From Octopus vulgaris (Eukaryota), in NCBI GenBank assembly GCA_951406725.2, contig OX597823.1:107136001-107200000 (forward strand): a stretch of 64,000 nt of DNA, read 5' to 3'. The position numbers were made by a program, and so were the translations under genes. The notes below the pieces were generated by a model. It saw only the letters and a program-made list of their open reading frames with translations. It did not search any database and was not told the origin of the DNA. Within the stretch, counting starts at the first letter, position 1, and each line of letters opens with the position of its first letter. Positions 28,236-40,097 of the stretch are shown here, piece after piece.

Positions 28236-28761
28236 GAAAAGTAGAACGAAAGAAGAACAAGAAAGCGTGGGAGAATGCGTTGTGCGATGCATGCGAACCG
28301 TATGTGTACTGTACAGTAAAAAGCAAACTGGCTTAGGTGTACTTTTAAATCAAAAATATATCTTTATTGTTATGTTATTATTATTCTTTTCTACTTTAAA
28401 TAAAACTGGTTTTATTTACATGATGTGTGTCACTGAAGTGTATAGAAGAAGCTTTTAAAAAAATACGCGAAATATTGTATAGCTTCAGATGACGGCTCTT
28501 ATCCAACAGATCTATGACTGAAGGTCATTGCGATCACCACCATTCCATTTTTATTATTTATTCTGTTGACCATTCTGGCCGGGCAATTTTAAGAGATGTT
28601 AGAGTGTGACATGAGAAAGATTCGGTTATTGTTTCTGACCAGTTAATATACATCTTAGATAATTTCTTATTGTCTCTTTGATGGAACACTCTTTTCCTCT
28701 TCAAACGATCTCCTTAATCGTTGATAGGCGATAGTGGAGGCAACTAATGTCTGTCAGTCTG

Positions 28762-28804
<43 letters not shown>

Positions 28805-30433
28805 GTCAGTCTGTCTATCTATCTATCTATTTATCTATCTATCTATATGTATACAGTTATGTACATAATATGCATAGCATACCAGTCCTTCCGATATCAC
28901 CAATCAATAGCTTAGGAGGTCATTTGAAGGCAAAAAGTTTCCACTAAAGAGACACTAGTGGCATTTTACAGTTTCTAAATAGACATTTTCTTCACATTTA
29001 AATTGTATCTTGAGTAAGTGCCTTATGCACTGTTTCGATTCGACCTAAATCTTATGGCTGGAACCGAGTAGCCGTATACTGTGTAGAAGGTCGTTGCAAC
29101 AGCAATTCAAAGGTAACAGCTTTGTCACAGACTGCGTCACGCTGAGAATTACTTCAAGAGCAATGCGTTTGTCGAATGTTTGCCTATGGCCACACCAATT
29201 TAATGATCAGTTAAATTCACTCGATCAAACAACTGAACCTTCATCGTCGAAACCGACAAAGATCCATTTACCTAGCTTTATTTGGACAACTATAAACTGT
29301 ATTACGTCCCATTAGCTATTCTTTCGAGAAATTCTCTCTTGCAGAAACCATCAGCTACGACAATATTATCTCTGTTTTTGTTTCTTAGTAAACATTTCCA
29401 GAACACTTCCGATCAATTACAGACCCTTAGGTGGGAGGAAGTATAATGCCATAACCTTATTTTTTACCATTTACTTGAATATATGTTGGATTATAGAACT
29501 GCTGTTGAGCAGTATCGTGTCACTAATCAGCATTTAAAATTTGGATAGAATTTAACATCATCCACGATATATTTAGAGGGATCCACATGTTTTACTTTCA
29601 CCTTAATTAAAACATTCCTCAGTTTGAATAGTTCACCCTGGTTGATCAACATTTATTCGATTTACAAACACTTTATTCCATTGGAGATTATTGAACGTGA
29701 CTTTCAAGATTAGAACCACGGGAAAAAATCTTTAGATTACATGGAATATCAGAATCTAAGTCTGCCACTGATGACTTCACTAATCGAATTAAACTAGAAA
29801 TAACCGAAATGCATAAACCGATATAGTAATAAAATCTTCGCAAAATGTTTGCTAGTTTGCAGAAGACTGTACTCCATGCATCAAAGTGCATTTAGTGTTG
29901 TGCGTTAGGGTCCATAGTAAGGTGGGAGCATGGAATATCTGCAGAAACAGATGATGACACTCAATGCTTATTTATGTGCAATAGGTTTGATTGTTGGAGA
30001 ATGACTTATAAACGAAACAATAGCAGGAATAACAGCAATAACAAAAACAACAACAGCAGCAGTAAAAAGGTCCACCCGAAGTCGTGGTTGCTACAGTTGA
30101 AGTATGATCAAACCCACTCAATCAGTGAGCACCCTATCCTAGCATAGAATATCTAGGACTACATTATCCAATGTGTCCTTCAATTTTTAAGGCGGTAGGA
30201 TATTTTTGTGGGAGACCTGACTACTGTCGAGGTAGTCTCATAGATTGTTCCATGTTGACTCACCGAAAATTCGATGTATATGGAATGTGCTTCGGTTGTC
30301 TTATAATCGCTGGTGGTGAGAATATTGCCACACTAAAACAGTACGGTGAGAGACCAGCGGACGGTCTCTGTTAATTCACGGTGCCTTCAGGCCAAAGTCT
30401 TGACATCAACAGCAATTATTTATCAAGTTCTAA

Positions 30434-30464
<31 letters not shown>

Positions 30465-30644
30465 AAAAATAAATAAATGAACATTAAGTTTGTTGCCAGT
30501 GTGTATTTAAATAGTTTGAATTCTCTTTTTTTAATCTAACATCTGGTATTGATTTTATTGTTCTTCACACGCGCAAACACTTATACATACATATAAACCG
30601 ATATATATATATATATATATATATACCTACATATATATAAACTT

Positions 30645-30681
<37 letters not shown>

Positions 30682-31001
30682 CATAAATCTGTGTGTGTAC
30701 GTTCGTATGTTTGCGTGTGTGTGTGTGTGTGTGTGTGTGTGAGTGTGTGTACTGGTGTGTGTAAATGTGTGAAGTATGTTGATGTTAAAAAAAAATAATG
30801 AAAATGCGTGCGTATATTCAGAAGGACAAATACACATAAGTATAAAAGCACTTTTAATGTTGGCCTATGTACGTATATGAATATATTTACACATTTAAGA
30901 CTGCGTATGTCACATAAGCACATACATACATGTATGCCGGTATCTATATGTATGTACGTATTATGTATGTATGTATGTATGTATGTATGTATGTATGTAT
31001 G

Positions 31002-31034
<33 letters not shown>

Positions 31035-31195
31035 GACTATACAATAAATATATGCATTATATTCTATACCTTAAACAAAAAGGTGTCCTAATATTTGTGA
31101 AATTTTAACAAATTCATGTTATCTGCTAACCTAGATTTCATTTTCTTTGTTGTTAAACTTAGCTGACGTGTCTTCCTCACTAAATATATGCTTAC

Positions 31196-31232
<37 letters not shown>

Positions 31233-31937
31233 TCTCTCTCTCTTTCTATCTATCTATCTATCTCAGTCACTCATTCACTCATTATATATATATATATATA
31301 TATATATTGTGTGTGTGTGTGTGTGTATGTGTGAGTCGGTGTGTGAGAGTGCGCGTGTGTGCAAAATTTCATTGTGTTCATTAGGGAATTCACTACTTCA
31401 CAGTGATTTGTGTTTTTATGCAAACAGTAGTATTTTTGGTGTAACTCTATGTTTACTAAATATGTAGATGTGTGAGAATTTTCTTATCTCATGTGTACGA
31501 TTTTGTATAATTATAACTGCATGTGTATAGGTAACTCGTGTATAAGTATATATGATGTGCGTATGTGTGTGTATATATATCTATATGTATTATGTAAGTA
31601 GGTATGTATGTATGCAGGTTTGTATATGTATACGTCTGTATATATTGTATGTGTGTGTGTGTGCTTTGCTCTGGGTTGGCCGTCAAATTTGGGTAGATTC
31701 CATATAACCACCTTTGTGATACCTAATCTTTTTTTCAACCTCGCGGAATCCACTTTTCTCCGGATCAAACCATAGCCGAGAGAGAGAGGGGGAGAGAGCG
31801 AATGAGTGAGTAAGAGAGAGCAGGAGAAAAAGAGAACTGGAGAAAGTGAGAGATAGACATACATACAGACAGACAGGTAGACAGGTAGATAGGTAGATAG
31901 GTAGGCAGACAGGGAAACAAGCAGAGACAGGTAGAAT

Positions 31938-32112
31938 CCTTTCTACTCTAGGCACAAAGCCTACTCTAGGCACAAAGCCCGAAATTTTGGGGGAGGGGGC
32001 CAGTCGATTTTATCAATCCCATTACGCAACTGGTACTTAATTTATCAATCCGGAAAGGAGGAAAGGCAAAGTCGACCTCGGCGGAATTTGAACTCAGAAC
32101 TTAAAGACAGAC
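31938..32112 (-). mobile_element. Family A SINE, 5'-truncated
   Basis: B box and core are present. The tail contains a duplicated ctactctaggcacaaagcc. Confidence 0.8.
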
Positions 32113-32289
32113 AAAAACTAGTCGAGAAGAGAATGAACGATCCCTGTACAGGCTGGTTACTTTATTTGTTGAAGCCGAAATAATGAAAGCCGAAGTTGAC
32201 CTCGGTGGAATTTTAACTCGGTGAACAGATTAGAGGGAACAAGTACCAGATGGTCAATTATCCGGTGCTTTAATGACTCAGTCCAATTG

Positions 32290-32373
<84 letters not shown>

Positions 32374-32450
32374 CCTATCTCTCCCTCTCTATATATATAT
32401 ATGTGTGTGTGTATGTGTGTGCGTGTGTGTGTGTTAAGTAGCTTGCTTAC

Positions 32451-34536
32451 GCGCATGCGTTAGTTTTACTTCTGCACGGGTGTTGTCAAGACGTTGCTTT
32501 GCAACGGTCTTGAACAAAAGAACTGTGAAGGAGCAACTATAACGTAGGACGTTTGTTTGTTTTTTTTTTTGTTTTTTTTTGGGGGGGGGGTTCAGAGATG
32601 CTTTGTTGTTTATTGTCCATTTTTTTCGAACAAGAAATCCCCACTGGATTCCGGGGTATTTGTCTGCCTGTAGTTGCGCTAAATGTCTCACTTAGTTGTG
32701 AGAAGAGTGGTTTTGGGGGTGTATCCCGCCTCCAAAAGTTGTTAAATTTTTGTGAAAAAGTTTTCTGAATATTTACCAATTTGTGGTGGATTTTTTTGAA
32801 GCTGTATTCCTGCTACTGTGACTCTTTTCATTTTTGGAGTACCTTTGGAGTACCTTTTGACCAGGAGTACCGGTTGGCCGGAATCGTGTGTTGCCGTGTT
32901 TTGAAGTCTTCATTTTTTCTTTTTCTCTTCTTTGTCTTTCTGCTCTTCTTTGTCTTCCTTCGTACTGTTTTTTGACTTTGGTAGGACATTCGTTGTTTTT
33001 TTTTTAACTGTTTCCTGAACTTTTTCTTCAAAGCATGGCGAAGAACTTGAACACTGCATTGGAGTGGGAAATCATCCCACCCAAGCAATGGCTCAAAAAC
33101 CTAGAGGAAAGAACGGTGGTGTTGAGGACTTATTCTAAGTTACTCGACAACATCGCTGTCTTTCCTAAAACAGATATAGAAAATGAGTTAGCAGAGAATC
33201 TGCTAAGTATTAAGTTTAATTCCAAGGGTGCTAAATATGCAACGGTGTGGTTGCTATTTGACACCCCTGAGGTGGCTCGCCAATTTGCGAGCCAGCCCTT
33301 AGAAGGGGAAAAGATTCTGTTTCTTCCCACATATTGTGGGAAGAAATTAACAAGAGCTCGGGTTTATAGGCTGCCACCGGGCATTGAACCGGAATGGATA
33401 GAGGACACTATCCGCCGGAGTCTGAGTGGCAGCAGGTCCAAGCTTTTGAATGGGGAATTGTTGCCGGTAGCTGATTGGGTGGGATCAAAAGCAGTTTTGA
33501 CCCTATGGACCCAATCAGCCGTTAAAGATCTGGTATTTCCAGATTTTTTGAAAATGCCCGGTTGCAGGTACCTAGTGATACTTGAAGGACGCCCCCCACC
33601 ATGTGTCACTCGTGCCTGGAACCGGGTCATATTAAGAAGAACTGTCCCCAGGACCAAAGTAGAGTCCTGGAGCAGTTAATAAAAGTAGTACCCCCTCCTC
33701 CTTCAGAGGGAGAGATGGAGGCAGTCAAGTATGTGGAGACCTCCTTGAAAAAAGGGGAAAAAGGAAGAAGGTGGGTAAAAATGGTTGCCCACCGAAGGAC
33801 GCCAAGGCTGCGAGGAGGAGGGAAGATCCTCCGGATAAAGCGGAAGAACCACACCCTCTCGTTGCACAAGGGAGAAAAAAATGAAGAATGGGACATTGCC
33901 AGCGGTTAGTAGTACACTGCCGGCATGTCCTGAAACATCGTCGGTGGGAAACTGCAACCCCTCCCATTATGATGAAGGATGAATTTGTGATCTTCTTTCA
34001 TAAGGGAGGGGCTGTACAGAGCTTTGTGAAGAAGCTAGAGGGCCGGAGGGAAAGGGTCCTGTCCTGTACAGAAGACCCTGATGGGCCTCCGCGGGTAACT
34101 GCGGAGGTCATAATGGAAAATTATATGTTCAGAGTGGTAGGTTCCTTTCCCAAGGACCAATAGAGTTTTGCTTTCCGGGGCCCCGACTTAGAACTGCAGG
34201 ATTGCCTGCGGGAGGCAAGTTGCTTGGTCGGGGAGGAAAGGTAAGGAGCCTTAGTGCCTCGATTTGAAATTTTAATTTGTTATTTTTTGGTAAGAGGCTC
34301 AGCGCCTCAACTTGTAAGGACGATTGCGTCCATTCTTTGAACTTTGGTAAGAGGTTCAATACCTCATTTTGTATTGTTGAGAAAAAGGGGACAATGTTTT
34401 CGGGAAGCAGCAATGGGCGGGCGTTGTCTGCTCCCCACACCAACCATCTTTTCATTTTTTCATTCCATTATCATTTGTGTTTTTATCCAGCGGATTGCTA
34501 CATCTTTGCAAGGTTCTATGGCCAATTTATGAGATA
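32451..34536 (+). mobile_element. Non-autonomous ORF1-only (half-L1/Tx1-like) retroposon with 15-bp TSD, inserted into a family B SINE head
   Basis: The TSD aagta(g/a)cttgcttac lies at 32436-32450 and 34537-34551. The element has a T-rich 5' UTR, a single gag-like ORF with a CCHC knuckle, a structured 3' UTR, and no recognisable RT or endonuclease. Confidence 0.8.
33035..34163 (+). pseudogene. gag/ORF1-like nucleic-acid-binding protein with CX2CX4HX4C zinc knuckle, broken by at least two frameshifts
   Basis: Three overlapping ORFs (33035-33679, 33601-33909, 33888-34163) join into ~370 aa. Motifs are RVYRLPPGIEPEWI, YLVILEGRPP and CHSCLEPGHIKKNC, followed by a Pro/Lys/Arg-rich linker. This layout is typical of L1/Tx1-type ORF1. 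Confidence 0.75.
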
Positions 34537-34945
34537 AAGTAACTTGCTTACCAACCAAATGGTTCCGGGTTCAGTCCCACTGCATGACACCTTGGGCAAG
34601 TGTCTTCTACTATAGCCTCGGGCCGACTAAAGCCTTGTGCGTGGATTTGGTAGACGGAAACTGAAAGAAACTCGTCGTATATATGTGTGTATATATATAT
34701 ATGTGTGTGTGTATATATATATGTGTGTGTGTGTGTGTGCTTGTATGTCTGTGTTTGTCTCCCCAACATCGTTTGACAACCGATGGTACTGTGTTTACGT
34801 CCCCGTAACTTAGCAGTTCAGCAAATGAGACCGATAGAATAAGTACTTGACTAAATAAACAAAGAATAATTCCTTGGGTCAATTTGCTCGACTATAGGCG
34901 TTGCTCCAGCATGGCCGGAGTCAAATGACTAAACAACTAAAAGAG
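34537..34945 (+). mobile_element. Family B CORE-type SINE (downstream part of the interrupted copy)
   Basis: B box GGTTCAGTCCC, CORE-like CACCTTGGGCAAGTGTCTTCT, internal (TA)/(TG) and the tail ...gctccagcatggccggagtcaaatgact. Confidence 0.88.
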
Positions 34946-35364
34946 TATATGTAATTGAGATTCAGTTGAAATAGGTACTTAAGTTGAAGCACAAAGTCCA
35001 GTATTATCCACATGGCTCAAAGTAAGGTGAATAAAATAGATTTAGTAGTTGGTAAATAGATGAATTAGAAATGAATTACAATCCCTTACAACACTATGAC
35101 CCTAAAAGGCTTCATGCGATTCTTGGAAGTGTAGTCTATTCTTAGCTACAATACCGACAACATGAATTCCTTCCATCTTCTCGCTCTGCTAAAGTATTTG
35201 AGAAAATTTATATTAATGTGTCCTACTTGTTAAAATTCTATTTATTTATTTGTGCCGCTGAAGATGGCACTGCGTTTAAATTGATTGCATTGTTCAATTA
35301 AATAGAGCCGCTTGAAATGGTCGTACTGCATCACTACTTGATATCCTGTTGCTTATTTTGATTT

Positions 35365-35435
<71 letters not shown>

Positions 35436-35689
35436 TGAAAAGTGAAACGGGAGTTGATATATTCAAGGAAAATAAGACAAATTACAAAATGTTTAAATAA
35501 TTTTATCATGAGATACCTTTTGTAATGGTTAGTACCGGTTTCTGCCGTTTCGACTTTTTCAGCTAAGAGTAAAAGAAAGGTGAACAGAGGACAAGAAATA
35601 GAAGAAGAAGAAGAAGAAGAAGAAGAAGAAGAAGAAGAAGAAGAAGAAGAAGAAGAAGAAGAAGAAGAAGAAGAAGAAGAAGAAGAAAA

Positions 35690-35828
35690 ATTGTTTGCCC
35701 ATGACACTACATGGACCCTAAGTAAGGCATGTGTAAAATTTGAATGAAATTGGTTGTGTAGTTCCCAAGTTTTAGGGATTCACACAGACAGACAGACAGA
35801 CACACATTCTCAGTTTTATATATATAGA
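35690..35828 (-). mobile_element. Probable 5' end of a non-autonomous Helitron
   Basis: The minus strand starts A|TCTATATATATAAAACTGAGAATGTGTGTCTGTCTGTCTG, the TC start plus tetranucleotide microsatellite pattern of invertebrate non-autonomous Helitrons. No 3' CTRR end was located. Confidence 0.45.
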
Positions 35829-36537
35829 TACATATACACCCTCCCTTTCTCCCACCATTCTCGGATTCTCTGGAAAGATCATGGGAGAATAATATTCTTG
35901 TAGGGGATGCACATTTACTTTACGCGATCATTTCCACTCCCTGTAGATAATTAAATTGTTGATCAAATTTAATGTGATTAATTTCATTGAAAAAGGCCGG
36001 TGCATTGCTATATTTTGTGATCTCATTGAAAACCCGTTTGATAAACAATCCACTTCTTAACAGCCTAGTTTCCTTTTTTCTTTATTACTTTTCCTTTTAG
36101 TTACTCTTAAATAAAAGTTTTCTATGCGAGAAGTCTTATTCTGTAAACCCAGTCAATCCAAGATTGCTGAGAATTATTTGCCAGAAATGGAGTCTGTCCG
36201 GATATTTTGGTATTTTGCATGGGATTTTATTTTAGAATGTACTTATTTTTAGGTGACTTCCCGTTTTACATATATGTTATCTCTACCCTCTCTCTCTCCC
36301 TCTTTTTCTCTCTTATTAAACTTCTTCACTGGTTCACTCTGCATGAATGTCTTCTTAGTATATCTACAAAATATTTATTTACATAATTACCTATATATAT
36401 ATATCAAATAAGTATAAGCTTTACCAGAATTATTATCACAACCATGCAACCATTTTATGTTAAATTCCTTCATGCATAGATGCAAATTATTACATATAGC
36501 ATTCGGTCAACTTATTCATATAACTACTAAACACACA

Positions 36538-36596
<59 letters not shown>

Positions 36597-36600
<4 letters not shown>

Positions 36601-36780
36601 AGAGTTCACGAAAAAAACAAAAGACGAAGACAGGTGGTGTACAAAACAAACAGATGTATTAGTATAACGCTCAGGAATAGAAAAAGTAATTTACGTTTCG
36701 AGCCTACGCTCTTCTACAGAAAGGGACACAGAAAAGAAACAAGGAGAGAAAAAAATGTGTGTAGTGGTTACCGATCTATA
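36597..36780 (-). mobile_element. Penelope pLTR-like element with hammerhead-like motif at 36688-36723
   Basis: cttt CTGTAGA A GAGC gtag GCTC GAAA CG TA aa: perfect stem II with a variant core. The element abuts (TA)n. Confidence 0.6.
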
Positions 36781-37964
36781 CCCGTGTGTTTGTGTGTGTG
36801 CGTGTGTGTAGTTAGTTAAAGAGATAATGAAAGAAAATATCAACTTCGACAAGATTTGAAAGCAGAACCTTAATATGTTGACAAGACACTAAGACATCGT
36901 TTCTTCCAACTCACCCGTTTTTCTCAACAAAAGAGATAATATCTTGTTTAGAATTTGTAACATCAAAAAGTTACTACTAAGCGAATGTTTACGATTGCGG
37001 TTACTAACATTGGCAGCAACCCTCAAATTTTGGTAGCGACATATACTAATGGACTGCATTTCTTGATTAGTACACAATTTATCGACCTCAAAGTGATAAA
37101 AGACTAGTACAGTTTGAACTCAGAAATTGCAGGGGCTTACAGTATGTCTGACTGGTACTTTATTTTATTGGCCCCAACCCAAATGTTGAAAGGCAAAGTT
37201 GACCACGTTGTGATTTGAACTAAGACCACAAAGCTACCATACTAATACCATATAGCAATTTTTCGATGCTCTAATCGTTCTGCCAGCCCTTAGTCCTTTT
37301 AAGAAAAACAACACAGATGTGATGGAGTGAATTGTCACGGTTTAATACACACCAATACAGCAAAAAATAAAACCTGGTCATGGTTGTATGGATAGAAGAC
37401 GTGTGATATTTGGAATGTTTGATAAATTAAGTGAAAAAGTAATGAAAACTATATTACATATCAAGTGAATAAGTGAATGTTATCACATTCCGATAAAACA
37501 TCTGTTAGTTAAATAACTTAGCAATTAAAACCGATATCATTTTATTCTTTTATGCATGAGTGATTTTCAACTTTGGCAACATTTCTTGGCCTTGTCCTGC
37601 CTCACTGGTTAAGAAAATAGCTGAACTGTAACTAAAATTATTCGAAAAGAAGCTTTTAGCAAGATCAAGCACTGAGTCTCTGGCTCAGTACTATGGTGTA
37701 GAAAAGTACTATAGTAGAGTACAGCTATAGAAGTGTCATACCGTTACAACATCCAACAATGATATATTACAATAGTATACAACATTTTTTCCATTGATGG
37801 TGATCAAAAACTTTCCTTCTCAGCCGACCGAACTTATCTCGAATGCTTTCAAAGTTGTCTCTACACAATCTTTTCACCAAATAGGTGCGTGTACTTGTGT
37901 GTATAGATAGCTAGATAGATAGACAGACAGACAAACAGACAACGGACAGATAGATAGATAGATA

Positions 37965-38965
37965 AGTTTTTTTATTGGCCACACAGGGCTGCACACAGAT
38001 GGGACAAGTTACAAGGTAGAGCTTTTTCTTTTGGGGGATGAAAAAAACAAAAAAAAACAAAAGAAACAAAAAAAAGGGGGTGGCGTAGGTTTTCGATCAA
38101 GAGGGATCGTAAAAGGGAAGAAAAGAACAAAAAAAAAATTTTTTTTAATAAAAAATAAAAAATAAAAATTTAAAAAGAAAAGGAAAAGGAACAAAAGAAA
38201 TGAGAAATGAAAAAAGAAGAAAAAAGGGGAAGAGGAAAAAAAACGATCAATAGGGATCGTGTATCACAGTGTTATAATATATGGTGTAAAGGGGAAAGCA
38301 AGTAAGGTTTATCCGTGGGAAGAAAAGCCTATGAAAAAGACCACGGTAACCTTGGTCAATATTCTTATATGTTACCACATTTGTTTGCAAGTGGGTAACC
38401 CTCTGTTTTCAATTTCTGGGTTCATAGGATTATGCTCAAGGTGGCTTCGTCATTCATACGTGCCATCCTTGCTACATTCACCCATCTTTTTTAAAACATT
38501 CGCTAGACAAAACTTGCCTCTCTACTCTCACTTTCTTTTCAAGTGGTACTTGAAGAAGTTGATGAGAGATTGACCAGAGAGGAAAGTGTTTGTCTCCAAT
38601 CCTTTCAGACGCGTCCACCAGATACATTCTTTCGCCATAGCCACAAGGATGATGAAAATAGCTCTTCCTTCCCGTTTGAAGGAAGGAGGCGTGACAATAT
38701 TGACGATAGACTCAGCTGATAAACCCACTCGTCCCACACGTGACAGCAGTTGTTCGACATAAGCCCACAGGTCGGAAATTGTTGGACACTGCACGAGTGC
38801 GTGCAGAACGGTTTCGTCGCTCTGACTGCATCTCGGGCAGGTCGGCCCCGTGTTTCTCGAGCCGTGTCTGTAGAGCTTATCCCGAACGGGTAGCGCTTTT
38901 CGGTAGCACTGCCAGACCAGGGATCTCTGGAAGTTGTCCATGGGCCCTGGCCCGAAAGTCGTCCC
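37965..38965 (-). mobile_element. 5'-truncated Tx1/L1-clade LINE (ORF2 C-terminal zinc-binding region and 3' UTR) in a (GATA)n tract
   Basis: WQCYRKALPVRDKL...CPRCSQSDETVLHALVQC...LW...AKECIW is a zf-RVT-type motif. The T-rich 3' UTR ends CCAATAAAAAAA. GATA repeats lie on both sides. Confidence 0.88.
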
Positions 38966-39044
<79 letters not shown>

Positions 39045-40056
39045 TTGTAGGTAGGTAGGTAGGTAGGTAGGTAGGTTGACAGGTAGGTTGACAGGTAGGT
39101 AGGTAGGTAGGTTGACATAGATAGGTACATGCATATATACATACATACATAAGGATGTATTCATACATACATGCATACATACATTCATTAGTCCATAAAC
39201 TATTTACATACATAATTCGATTGTTCTATATTAGTGAAACAAATAACACCCACATAATGAGCATCCTCCAAAAGCATCAAACATGTAAAGATGAGCTATT
39301 TAGCGGATATGAATGTCTCATATAAAATTATGGATACACAAGACAACAGTTCTACGATGAGAAACTTATAGCTCTTATATCTGGCCTCTAGATTTTTATC
39401 CTTATATCATTGGTGCACTGGGCTGCGTGAGAAAAGATTAGCATAAAACCCTCGAAATGCTGCCGTTTTCCAAGAAATTCCGAAGCACACTGGCTTGCAC
39501 TTCCCTAATACCATCGACTAGTGGTAGAATAAAATTTAGTGAACCAATTTAAGAGATTTGTTTTGAGTTTCCTGTAATTTATTTATGCTGTAAATATACA
39601 TTTTTTTTCGTTTTGTTGTACAGCCGGAAGTCGTCCTTTTGTTTTATAGCCGAAAGGCGTTTTTCTATTGTATAAGAATAATTCTCTTTCTGTTGCACTT
39701 GTGTTATTTCATCCCGTTGTATTGTATACGTTTTTTTTTTTTGTTAGCTTTTTTGTCCTTGTTTTTGTTCTTGTATACATTCGTCTGCTTCTCCCAGAGG
39801 CTTAATGCCCTGGCGCTTTCCGGATTCGAGCGGTCTCAATGGTAAAAAAGAAAAGCGCGAAACTGCTTGGACAATGACTGCAGAGAAAATCGGATGCGAA
39901 TTGGCTGTGCATCTTGCTTTTGTCCATTTTCCCGTCTGTTATGTTATTGTCTAGTTTTCCGTATGTCTTGCTCTATTTTCTCCTTGTTGTATTCTTTCTG
40001 TTCAACTCTTGATTTATCTATGCTGCGCACTGTACAACGTTTTGTTTACTTTATAT

Positions 40057-40097
<41 letters not shown>

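Noticed and set aside
34241-34365. CRISPR-like array
   Set aside because: The units are non-identical with irregular spacing, the context is eukaryotic, and there are no cas genes.
35937-35959. CCCTGTAGAT resembling miR-10
   Set aside because: Only 10 nt match, the 3' half diverges, and there is no precursor hairpin.
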